Below, one piece after another: positions 50,240-62,233 of a DNA stretch of 64,000 nucleotides (positions are counted from its first letter, which is position 1; every line of letters starts with the position of its first letter). The notes beneath the pieces are model-generated. The model was given only the letters and a program-made list of their open reading frames with translations. It made no database searches and was not told where the DNA came from. The position numbers were made by a program, and so were the translations under genes. This DNA comes from Ascidiella aspersa (Eukaryota), in contig OZ004608.1 of the NCBI GenBank assembly GCA_963924565.1, forward strand, positions 9,362,001 through 9,426,000, read 5' to 3'.

Positions 50240-53200
50240 TCAATCTCTCAACGACTGGCAAATGGGATCTTTGGGATGCAACCAGCAGTGTACCGAAAGC
50301 ATTCTGCTGCGATCCTTTTGAAACTTGAACGTATTGTTCGAGGGCGGAAGCTGTAGTGTGTTCTTGTACGCGTAGCTTAAGGTCGCCTGTAAAGGTAAGA
50401 TAAAACACGATCGGTCAAAAATCTGCCTCGGAAACTTTGATAAGTCAAATTTGTCCAATTTCACAATTTAGAGCGAAATGCAAATAAATCAAATTTTGTT
50501 GTATTTTGTTACAAGCTGGTGGATCTCAATATAAGTTAGGTTCTAACTTAAGATTTGACGAAAAATTATACTTTCAACATTGTTAAATCCACATTTATAT
50601 TGCCGACTATAAAGTGCAACTAATTTTTTTCGAGTTTATGGTGTGAATAGAACTTAACTACTGTTAAAAGCAGGTTTATTGGATTTTTGGTAACTTTACA
50701 TTTTGTTGTGTTGTAAGGTTTTAAAAGTTTGGTAGATAGTCTTCTAAGTTTAAACTAAGTTGGGGTAACTTAAATTCTATATTTACTTTAACTAAATGAT
50801 TTAGAATTTAGATTGTCAAACCCACTTGTTTTAAACAGATCATAGGACTTTACAAATGTCACAATATTCAGTTAAGTACGCATCAAACGTTTTATTTTAA
50901 ATTTTTTTTACTATATTTCATGATAAGTAGGTGGTCTTTATTAGACAGCAACACTATCAAAAATGCATCAGAAGCTTTTAATATTTTGCGGTAGTTGAAT
51001 TACGGTTGCTTTATAACCAGGGATGACATACTAACGGCACTAGGGACGGATCCAGGAGGGGGGCACCTGACCATCCCCCCACACTTCGCGTTGCGCGGAT
51101 CGATAAAATCTTTGCCATGTAACTTTTTTTTAAAGTAACGCCTCTCCAACCTAAAATTTTAACAAAATACACGAACTGTGTGGAACTCGTCTTTTGACCG
51201 AAATTATTGTTATTCCGCTATGAAAAATATTGAAAATACATTGCTTTTTGTGTGAATCACCCTTGCGAATTGTTTGTGTAAACATTTAGCTTTATAATTT
51301 TTATAGCCTAACCGAGAAGTAAGAACAGAAGGTTAATTGTGTTACATGAGGCGAATTGCTGATAGTGCTTCGATGATAATCGTCAGTAAGGCATATCGAT
51401 TATTATGTAATCAATATATTTACTTTCGACGACCTGTCTAATGTTATACAGGCCTCAGTAGGGGTTCCGCTTAATTCCAGTCAGGGGTAAAGCAGAATTG
51501 TTTTCTTTAACGAAACGCATAAAAATTTCTGAGACGACGTCACAAGTTAAAGTCACAACGAGATAAGAATCTTTAAAAAACCCGAGGAATTCAAGGTAAT
51601 AGCGGGATGGTCTGGTGAAGAAGGGTTATGACCCGCTAAAAAGTCAAATTTTTACCTGTACGGTGTAATGGAAAAAAATATTTTACCGGAACCCAGTTTC
51701 GGACTATTCCGACTTACTTCCACTACCCATTCGCATTCCATAAAAAACATTTCCACCTATAAAAACTGAAGATTTTAATCGCAGGCTTATATGGAATTTT
51801 GTGTTGATTTCCATTTCACCTAAGTCATTATGTCAAATAAATTGGTTTGAGATTAGTTGAGATGACTAAATATATTTAAAAAAAGGTTGTTTATCCCATT
51901 TTTTGCAAGTAAATTAATTTGCTTGCGATGTGTTGCGTACGTTAGTTGAGATATAGCTCATGTACAAATAAGTTTACCGATTTTTCTTACTTTAAAGTTT
52001 TATTTTTATGTTAATGACTAAAAGTTAGCTTGCTCTAATAATGACTTGACCGGGACTTAAATTACTGTTTTTACGAAGGACTTGATTTTGACCTTAGTTA
52101 TTTTTCATATACTTGACTGCGACTTAGGCAATTTCAAAATGACTTGTTTACAACACTGCTTGGCATGCTTCATCCTAAAGTTCCTACCGCGTTCATCCAG
52201 TCCGACTCGTTAAGCGTTCCCAGCTTCTCAATGTGCGAATGAAATCGGAACGACTCGACGATGGGAACTTTCAGCATGTAGGTGATGACGTAACCCAGGG
52301 TGCAGTCGTCCGAGTTAGAAGCCAGGTTTTCACACGCGTTCACAAAAGTCCCATTTCTATAAAAAATATATTTTTTAAATTGGAAAAATATTTGCCAAAT
52401 TTACGTTTTGTGAAGTTTATAGAGCTCTTCTGGCAAAGTAACTTTTTATTCCGACGTTTCGACGTTCCGTCCTATACAGGTCGTCTTCATCAGGGTAAAT
52501 AACACTGAATGTGACTAGTACAGTGCACAATAAACAAAGGAAAAAATAATAAAGAAAAAAGAATGGAACGCAAGCAACGTTACAACGCAACGCAAACACC
52601 GCGCGATAACTCTAACCTTTAAGCAGGTGCCTGTAGCACGCTGACAGCAACACGTCTGTTTTGATGTTCATTGTGTTGCCCCGTTGGTGAATATTCCATG
52701 ACTCAAGAAATAGTCTTTTCCTGTAGTCAGGCTCCCGGGCCACAACAGACGCCGCATTGAAATCAATACGGTGGCCCTGTGACACCGCGTGATTGGAGAG
52801 GGCCGACTTCTTCGCGTCGCTGTTGGCAACATCCCGTTGATGTTCTTTTCGACGGGTGTTTAGTGACCTTCCAGTCTCCCCGATATATACTAACGGACAT
52901 TCGGCGCAGGGAATAGAATATACAACACCACGTTGTTCAAAGGTGTTGATTGGATCTTTCGGGTGACTCAGTAGCTTGCGGAGAGTATTGGCAGGTTGGA
53001 CGCCAACCGCTACACCAAAGTCACGCAACATACCGCAAAATATCCGTCAGTTTTGGTATGTACTAGGGTGTCACAAAACCCTCTGTTTTTGGATGAGTCA
53101 CCTGTTTGGGACAAGTTTCCCGTCGATCAAGGAGAATCCAATTGGGGTAGCCATTATATTGCAGGGCTTTGCGAACGTTTGCCAGTTCCGCCTCGCAGTC

Positions 53201-56200
53201 GTCACTATGTGTGCACAAGCGTCGCGCCCGATTTTTTAGGGAACGAACCACCCCTTTTCTGGTATGTGGGGTGATGAGATCGAAAATTGAGATACCTGTC
53301 GGTACTCGTTAGCTTGTGGTACACTTTCGAGTACAAGACACCGTCATCGGTTTTTGTGTCCTGAACATCTAAAAATGGAAGACAGTCTACCGATTGGAGT
53401 TCCATGGTAAACAGAATGCCTGGTTGCGCCTCGTTGAGATGCCGTAGAAATGCCTCAACCTCGTTATTATCAATGACACAAAACATGTCGTCAACATATC
53501 GCCGCCAGAATCTTGGTGGGTAGGCAAATGTTGATAGGGCTTTTTCCTTAAGCGCTTTCATTGTCATGTTCGCGACAACCACAGAGACCGGGGAACCCAT
53601 CGCTGTGCCTTGAACCTACTGGCAAAAGCTTCCCCTAAATGTTGAAAAGGATTGCTCCAAGTAAATCCGCAGACCGTCCACAATATCCAACGGGGGCCAT
53701 GGTGTTCTGTCTTTAAGGCTATAGTCGTTTATAATCCTGGATAACGCGATGTTCATTGCCAATTCAACAGGAACACTTGTAAAAAGTGACACAACGTCAT
53801 ACGATACCATTACCTCTTCGTTGGACAGGGGCGGCACCTGTGCTATCTCTTGAACAAACTTGGACGAGTTCGAAACAATCCATTCTGTATTGCCCACGAG
53901 CGGAGAAATAACTCTCGCTAGGTACTTCGCAAGGTTGCAGGATTGAGTACCAACAAACGAAACAATTGGTCGCAGAGGGATGCCATCTTTGTGGATTTTT
54001 GGTAATCCATTGATGTGCGGGGCGGAGCCGTCCGTGCTATGCAGTTGATGGAATGCGGCTTCAGAAATGCATTGCCTCTCTGTGTGTAATTTCCCCACAA
54101 ACTTATTAAGGACGCGTTCCGACTTACGTGTTCACGCTTTAAACGTTTGTAAGTCGAAGTATCCAGTAATAAGTCAGACATCTTCTTGTCGTAATCTAAG
54201 CGGTGCATGATAACAGTACAGTTCCCTTTGTCTGCGGGTAAGATCGAGATGTCTTCATTTGACCTCAAACGTTTTGTGGTTGACAATGTATTCCATTTAT
54301 TAAGATAGTGGTTTCTAGGGGTCCGTAATATATTTGCCAGTGTATTTTAAAACTGGCAAGCAGGTTGTATTATCTGTTTTAACCTCTTTCTCTATTTTTT
54401 TTCGCATTTCCATCATCACTGATTACATTTTCCAACACTTCACTTTTATTGATACACAATTTGCAACTTCTATTTAGTGATGACTGATGTCACTTTAAAT
54501 CCTTCTGTTGTTTTAACGTTTTAATTGATTGCTACCAACCAATTTTATGTTTACATTGTATTGTTTCCTGCGAAAAACAATGCCTTTGGCGAAATATATT
54601 TCTCTTAACATTTCATAAAATCACTGGCTTTGAATACTAGAGAAAAAAAGAATAAATAGAATAAAGGTATGAGTTAACTTCATGCTATGCCGTAAAAATG
54701 TATGATGTTTCTCAAAACAAATCCTTGATCATCTCTGTTTATTCGGGTATATAGGTGCGGTATATGATTAGTAAATCAGAGGTGCACAACCGTTTAGCTA
54801 TAAATGGTGATATAAACAGTCTGTATTTTACTCACGGCCGCCAGTAGTCTAGTTGCCCCATGTTATTGAATCGGCGCCGCTACCTGACGTCAAATGATAG
54901 TGGTGTTCGTCTGATACTAGGGTGATATTAGCGCCGATCTAATACCAAATTGATAAAGTACTTTGAGTAATGACAAATAATATCGATTGTAAGTGCTGTA
55001 AGTAGATTACGTACAAGTTTTATCCGTATGCGAGTTGCATATATTCGCGTTTTATTGGCCCGTTTTTACATCCGCGCACGTACATTTGAGTGTTCTACAT
55101 GCTGTGGGCTTGACAACAGATATATTGCCTATACATTTCAGTTCAGGTGTCGTTTGGAGCCTCTAAAGCAGTGTTTCTTAAACAGGTGAATGATTCACCT
55201 TAGGGTGAATACGATATTTGCAAGGGTGAACCAACCAAAAGGGGCAAATAAGGGTGAACCTTCAGAAATGGATGATAGCTTTGCAGTAAATCGACTACTA
55301 AACTGTTTTTTTTTTTGGCTAATTGTAATAGTAAAGTTGGTTTGCACTGAGTGTATAACTACAAAAACTTGGTGACTGTGTTTAGTGCTTTTGTAGCTTT
55401 ATATTTATGGACTCGAAAAATTGTAAATTTGCCATGATAAAACTTAGCTTGAGTTGATTAAAAAAAATCGAGAGAGTATTATGTCATGAGACAAAGGGTG
55501 AATGAAATCTGGAGATAAATGCTAGGGGTGAACAAAACTAAAAAAGTTTAAGAAGCACTGCTTTAAAGCATTTCGCGATAGGCGTGTTGTCCTGGTTAAA
55601 ATATAGGCAACATGTCATCACGAGGGCAACTTTTTTCACATAATGGTCCTTTTTAACCATTTTTCAAAAGGACCATATGTCGGACAAGGTTACATAGTTT
55701 TGCGGGTAGAAAAAACGCAAACCGTATACACACTACTGTGTTCATCTTACCCACAAATCGGGTTCATTCTTTGCCACAGGGGTCTTGTAATGCACACTCC
55801 CGCTCCGCCAGTCGCAAACTGATATAACTGGTACCCTTTCTTCGTCCATCGCTGTAAAATAGAAAAGTTTGGCTTTGTTAAAGCTAATCTAACGCTTAAA
55901 GGCAAATACTGTAATAGCGCTTTATTTGTAATAAATTCAACACAAATTAAATACTGGCTCACCAAAAAAAAACACTAAGTCATTGTGACATAATTTACCT
56001 TTTACACCAACCTAAAACTGCTGCGACAATTTTACACCTGGCTATATTTATGCAGGGGAAGTGCGGGAACCATGGAACATGGGGACCAATGGTACACTGG
56101 CATACCCCCTGTTGGCAGAACGAAATAAAATTTTGGTTGAGGGAATGAGATTTTGTGTACAGAACTTTTTCTAAAAAGTTCTACAGCGTGCTTTTGGAAA

Positions 56201-59200
56201 TGGTTGATTTATTCCAATTTTTCACTTTTCTAGGTGAAAAATGTACTTTTTAGCTTGATATTCGTACGGTGTTTTGATAGTCTTTAGGTAATTGTAAAGT
56301 AGTGAATATTATTTTGTGGAGAGAGGGGATTTCTAGGTACATGTTGAAAGTTAGTTTGATTAATTTGGTTCAGAGTACTTGCCATGAGTGTTTTTATTAA
56401 AAATGCGATTAGAGGACCTTTGGAACAGTCTGTTCCGTTGGTCTCTCGATCATTTTGTGATTGTATCCTTAGATTTTAAGGATAGCAGTATGCCAACTTT
56501 TAAGACAAGAACATCTAATAAGGGGTTGTTCAAAGGACCAGGGCTGCGGAGTCGGACTCGGGACTCGAAGGAGTCGGACTCGGGACTCGAGTAAGACCAC
56601 GTAAAACTACCAGAGTCCCTTGTCCGGCGTGCGCATGCGCAGTACCAAAAACCGATTTGCCGTCAATTGCAGTTTATTATAGCGGTATAGGATATGGTGG
56701 ATATTTTCGAACCATTTGTTGAGTGGCTTATATGACATCCCTATGAGTGGATTGCTAAATACCCACCGTATTTAGTTACATAAATTGGCGGAATACAGAC
56801 TGTAGAGTCAGAGTCGGACTCGGGACTCGACGAAATCGTACACTTGATTGACTATTATTATATTTGCAGATATGTTCTCATAAAACAGAAAAAAAAATTG
56901 ATATAACAAACCCCGGCACATTCTATTAAAAATAATAATAAAATATCTTTTAGCATTTTGTGCTTGTTTCCATGTGTTTTTATATTTATTTCTTAAAATA
57001 AATTTTCTTGTGTCACTATTTCTACACCATTAACTTAGTAGTTATGCACTTCTGGAATACCCACGTTTTTTATATTTATAAAAAAACTTAGAAGGATATG
57101 TCGGATTTCAATTATTTTTCCATGTAGGTACCCATAGCGGTAAGCTTTCCAAAGAAAATAACTGCGAGTGTTTTTGAGTTGTAGATATTACCGAAAAAAA
57201 CAAATCCGTTCCATGGGTCCCACACTTCCCCTACGGTTCTGTAATGTAGCTTGATAACGAATTTCAAAGCCGAAAAGGTCGAGCAGATCGACATAATCTT
57301 GATTAATACGTTTAGATACGAAGTTGTATCTTTTTCAGGCAATGTGATTGAGAACGAGAAGTAAATTAAAACATTACTTATAAACGGTGTGGCGCAATTC
57401 TTATAATTCTTATCGAGACTTGACCTTTTCGGCTTTGAAATTTATTATCAAGTTTTAAACATGTCTAAATAAATTCATCACTTTGTGAAATGGCACGCTC
57501 TTTCTGCCTAGGTAGATGGAATCGTTTGCCCGATATTGGTTAAGTACTTCCAGTAAGTGATCCACATTGACGTAGTTGTCGTCATCGAAACGGCACCACC
57601 ACCTATGTATTCAAATGTTAAACGAAACGCACAAAATATACTTATATCTTTTCTATATGGTTTTGTGAAAACAATGTAAGCGCTTTGTTGAAAACTGGTG
57701 GCTGCACAAATCTAATTTTTTAAGTAGCATTGTAAGCGGGAAGAACGATGAAAAAAGCGGCACGCCAACGGGCTTTTTAACCATTGTAAAAGCAAACCAA
57801 TAAATGTTTACCAATAAATAGACAAACACATGTTTAAACCGTCCCATGATAAAAGTGTAGGCAAAAGAACTTACTTTATTCATGGTTTACGTTTCGTTAA
57901 CGGTCACGATGCTTGATAGTAAAGCAGCGGCGTCAATTTGGGGCGTTCATTCTTATATTAAGCCCTCGGTGTGCTATTAATTAACAAAAACTATGACCAA
58001 CTCACTTTTTGTTCGCATAAGGGAAAAACAAATCGAATTCTTCGCCAGTTTTGCAGCACAAGTCTTTTCTGAAATGAAAACGAACTTAGAATTAAGGAAG
58101 AAAATCAATTAAAATGTACGATGTCCAGATATGCTTGACAATAATAGTATAACCCCTTTCAAACACTTAGTTAAAACAAAGTAGCAACTTTTTCCGCGCT
58201 TCGCGTGAATCCTATTGGTCTGTACGTGGCTGTTAGTCCGTTTGACGGTATCTCCTATTATCTGAAAGGCCCCGTTCAAATTCAGATTCAATTTATTTTT
58301 GCGCATGTTTGCAAACATCGAAAAACAAAATAACATACAGAATAACACAAGGACAGTTCGTATCATGGCAACCGTAATTAAAGTTTTGCAAACTTTGCCA
58401 ATGCATTTTTGTGCGCTAAATATGTAGAAATAAAAAAAAAAAAACTTTTAAAATCACTATTTTTACCAACCTAAACTAGATGTTGAAAATATTATATGAC
58501 GCTCATGGAAATGCAGCATTAAGCTTTTATGGCTCTCTAAGCTAAAAACGTTCCCGACCCCTGGTTTATAAGTTTCCGTGGGGTTAAAATTAATGTAATA
58601 TATGTCGTTTTATAATCGGTGATAAGCGTCTACACTTCTACGCCTATATAACATTTTTGTACAACGTTATACGCCAGAAAATGAAATGTTTGTGTTTTAC
58701 GTTAAAGAGTTAACATTGACGTAACATATTTCGTTTTACAAACGATGTTGAGAGTCTACATATTCCGGGCCGGACTCGGGACTCGACAAAATCGCACATT
58801 TGACCAGAGTCGGAGTCATTCGACAGTGGGGCGCTTTTTAGAAATTTTACTTGTTTCGTCATGCGAAGGTACTAGCCTTTGGAATACAGGCTCACGAATA
58901 CAATGGCGTCGTGTTTGTATATGTGGGACGTGTGCCCGCAGAGCGCATACCAGCCACCCCCGTAAACTAAATACAACAGAGATAACGCAAATAACCCGTT
59001 TATTGCGTGTGCTGCCAATGATATTATAACTACAGTTATACCTGTCCTATAGTATCTTTGGCCCGACTGTACATGTTAATTGTGCTTTAACATAATGTAC
59101 ATCAAACATGACACAACGAATTACTGAAAACGTTTTTTCAAATCGAAAAAATAATGTCTTTTCATCTTATTTTGTAAATAAGAACATTTTAAACGATTTT

Positions 59201-62200
59201 TTTTACATCGCATTAGTTATTACTATAACATGGTTTCTACAGCGATTTAAACTATTTTCGTTTTGATCATTGAAATTTGTAAAGTGAGTCAAGCATGATT
59301 TAGAACAGGGCTAGAAATTTAGTAGGAAATTTTGAAAGTATAGGGTTGTCAATGTCGCCTACTATTGCTGCACGGAATATTTATCGTTTGTGTGCGCGGT
59401 ATTGTTTCTATATCATATCGTTTGCACGTCTGTTGTTATTTTCACTTTGTTTCCACTTTTTTAAAGTATATCTCTTTTCCACTTTTGTACCGTACCTTTG
59501 ACGTTTTGTTTCTCATATATTTTTACCTTTTACTGTTTGGCAATAACTATCGTTACATTCGGGACTTACACCATTCTTTGCCTCCGTTTTGGTGGATCGA
59601 GAAACTGAAAGCAAATAAAGGCGGTTGGGTTTTGGGAAGGCTAATGTACGTTTTTAAACTATGGCATTGACGTTTAAACCCCTTTTTAGACGTTGGCCGC
59701 TTTTACTGTTTTACGCCTTTTATTATTATTTCATCTACGTTTCCTCTATTGAATAGAGTTTGACGGCACTTCCTGTAGCGCTTGGCATTCGACGTGATGT
59801 TAAGTAGCCTAGGGCTTCTGAAATTGGGTAACGCTACCAGTATATATACGTTGTGAGTCTTGTATTACCGTGTAGATGTCAAACTTAATGTTAGTACTTT
59901 AGGGTTCCCAAGAGCAGTTTGAGCAAGTTTTACCCATTCAAAAGTAGAATCTTGTCATTCAGCTTGATCGGTCGCTGAAATCTAATACGTATTTATTTGT
60001 TTAACGCCTTTTGTTAGTTTATTTACCATTCCTCAATTGAATAAAGTTTGAAGACACGTCGTGAAGTCTGGTTTTTGAACAAAACACAACCGTTTTTGAA
60101 CAAATGTTTGCATTTGTACAAGCCACGACATATTTTGCCTAAAATCCTACTTTGCCTCAATGGCAATTTTAGTCTCTCAGTCGAAACAAGTAATTTGAGC
60201 TAACATCGATCAGAACAAAGAGAATCAAATCTCTTTGGTCAGAAAACTTTAGGTGATTTTTATAGCCATTATTTTGCGCCTTTTGTTATTTTATCTACGT
60301 TTCCTCTGTTGAATACAGATTGACGGCCAAAATGTTAATTGTTCATCCGCCAAAATGTTAATTGTTCCGCCAAAATGTTAAAACACTATCAGTGTGTAAT
60401 TGCATGGTAGAATGCATCCGAACCTTTCGTGACTTTTCCCGCAGCTTGTATTGTGCATGCGACCGCCGCTTTTGCGTTGGTATTCTTCATCGTTCTCGTC
60501 CGTGACAAAGTAGATCTGCAAGAGCAGTATTGCAATGACATCAGCCTAAGCCAGTGATTTTTAATCTGTGAGTAATTATGCACAACGAACAATTGATATT
60601 TTCCCACAAGAATATCGGATGATATATTTAACCATTAAAAAACAAACATTAGTATTTAACGGAGTGTTGCTCTTCCAGCAGAATATATAATAGATCGACG
60701 TTTCGACGTGCAATACAGAACGTCTTCATCAGGATACTGACGTGACATGTAAAACTCTCGATCTATTATATATTCCGCTGGAAGAGCAACACTCCGTTAT
60801 ATATTATGCCTGGCAACAATAGCTTATTTCATTAGTAATTAACTTTCATTTTGGAACTTTTGATTGTTTATTTGAATGAAAATTAATACAGTCCAATTAT
60901 AAATCGCACCAATCAATTCTTTCTTGATTACTTAGGCTTAAAATGACTTGGTAAAGATCGTGGTAGAAAAAAAACTTAACTTAGTGTATTTGGCAAAATA
61001 AATAGGCAAGATAAGAAGTTGGATCTTTACAGATTTGCCCTTTAAGCTTTACTTCAACTTGGAAATGGTTTCCCCCAAAGTTTACGTTGGCTATATGGTT
61101 TGAATTGGGCGGGCACTAGGAAGTGAACGTAATGTTTGTATAAAGCAGGGTTCGGCAACCTACGGCCCGCGGCCTATTTGACAATAGGCACAATTAAGTC
61201 TATTTTACACACTTTTTGACTATTGTGACTATAGCGATTCGCGCGAATGATTTTAATATGCCCGGTTCGTTTACGCTTGATGCTGTATTTGAAATATATT
61301 AGCGTTTTTTTACCGTTGCGGCGTGGAAGGCTGACAAACGTATTCAAAAACATTGGACATATATTTTTTAACATTTTATTATTCTCAGCAATGTAATAAA
61401 AACTTGCAAGAAATTTAAAAGAAATGCCGGTATAAAAAATCGCGCTTGCCTCGCTCGCCATGTGCGCACGGATAGTAGTTTTATTACACTTTTCACAAGT
61501 AGTATGGATGAAGACGTGTGGACTCGAATATTAGCTTAGACCAAATAAACACTTTTTTTCGCGCTTTGCGCCAACACTGTACTACCTTCTTAAATGTAAT
61601 TGAACACGTTTTTAAGTGAAAAAAATTCAAAGGCTCGCCTGATTCACAGTTGTTCTAAAATTTTAGTAACACAATTTTTAGTTAACATTTTGTGCGGCCC
61701 ACATAGACCTTTCTGAGTTTAGTTTTGGCCCGCGACTAGAAAAAGGTTGCCAACCCCTGGTATAAAGGAATGTCATTAGGCAAAATGATTCATTGAAACA
61801 TGGCTTATCTTGAACTGGATTGAACGAGGCTATGTATTTGGACAAGCCTTTACTTAGGTTTACCTCGAGCAAAGTGCAGCTTTGTAGGTATGGGACGTTT
61901 GATTTAGCCGAGGCAAAAGGTGTTCCCGAACAGAGCCAATTAAACACTTCTTATCTCTATTATATTTATGTTTGTATAACTAACCTGGTCCCTCGAAATG
62001 TGCTTAAACCACGTGTTGAGAATTATCTCCACCCTTGTTCGGTGATTCTTTTTACCAGTTTTAACTGTGAACAAAACGTCGCTTAACAAGATCTGCGACG
62101 TATTAACTCCTTGCTTTTCCTTTAGGAGATTCGTTTTCAATTTGTCGATATTATAAACGGCGAACAGAGTACAAAACCCAACGGCAAGAAATCCGAGGCG

Positions 62201-62233
62201 AATAAGATTCCATTTCTTCTTCATAAACTTCAT
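50240..62233 (-). CDS. Fringe-like glycosyltransferase (GT31), copy 3, 7 exons, ~313 aa
   Basis: Exons (minus) 62233-61985, 60515-60424, 58068-58006, 57602-57482, 55851-55751, 52356-52188, 50386-50240. Same motifs; starts at the second Met of copies 1/2. Confidence 0.91.
52413..54268 (-). mobile_element. 5'-truncated Penelope-like retroelement (RT + GIY-YIG endonuclease), frameshifted, in Fringe copy 3 intron 5
   Basis: ORF pieces with GLPKIHK..PLRPIVS, SYDVVSLFT, MGSPVS, RYVDD and GVVYSIPC..YIGETGR..R..EH. 10-bp direct repeat ACGTTTTGTG at 52403-52412 and 54269-54278. Empty site at ~39960 in copy 2. Confidence 0.93.
52447..52500 (-). ncRNA. Minimal type I hammerhead ribozyme motif in the Penelope 3' tail
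   Basis: Minus strand reads uuacc-CUGAUGA-a-GACG-accuguauaggacggaa-CGUC-GAAA-cGUC-ggaauaa: conserved core, stem II GACG/CGUC, minimal stem III, GUC cleavage triplet. Confidence 0.75.
55169..55560. mobile_element. hAT-type MITE in Fringe intron 5 (same insertion at ~40750-41231)
   Basis: TIR CAGTGTTTCTTAAAC / GTTTAAGAAGCACTG; TSD CT(C/T)TAAAG. Confidence 0.75.
56055..57231. mobile_element. Non-autonomous TIR element at a TA site in Fringe copy 3 intron 4, with a nested GAGTCGGACTC-family repeat (~56540-56830)
   Basis: 24-bp TIR GGGGAAGTGCGGGAACCATGGAAC / GTTCCATGGGTCCCACACTTCCCC. Empty site TTATGTACGG at ~41710. The nested family also occurs in CYP-A/B intron 4. Confidence 0.8.
60661..60829 (-). 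mobile_element. ~170-bp Penelope-derived non-coding insertion with 42-bp inverted repeats, in Fringe copy 3 intron 1
   Basis: IR arms 60657-60698 and 60758-60799 (1 mismatch). Flanking direct repeat CATTAGTA(T/A)TTAAC at 60647-60660 and 60830-60843. Absent from the same site in copies 1 and 2. Confidence 0.8.
60692..60737 (-). ncRNA. Minimal type I hammerhead ribozyme motif
   Basis: Minus strand reads guauc-CUGAUGA-a-GACGU-ucuguauugc-ACGUC-GAAA-cGUC-gauc: core boxes, 5-bp stem II, stem I auc/gau. Confidence 0.75.
61146..61759. mobile_element. hAT-type MITE in Fringe copy 3 intron 1 (same insertion as 43366-44040)
   Basis: Same TIRs and TSD GTATAAAG. Confidence 0.85.
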
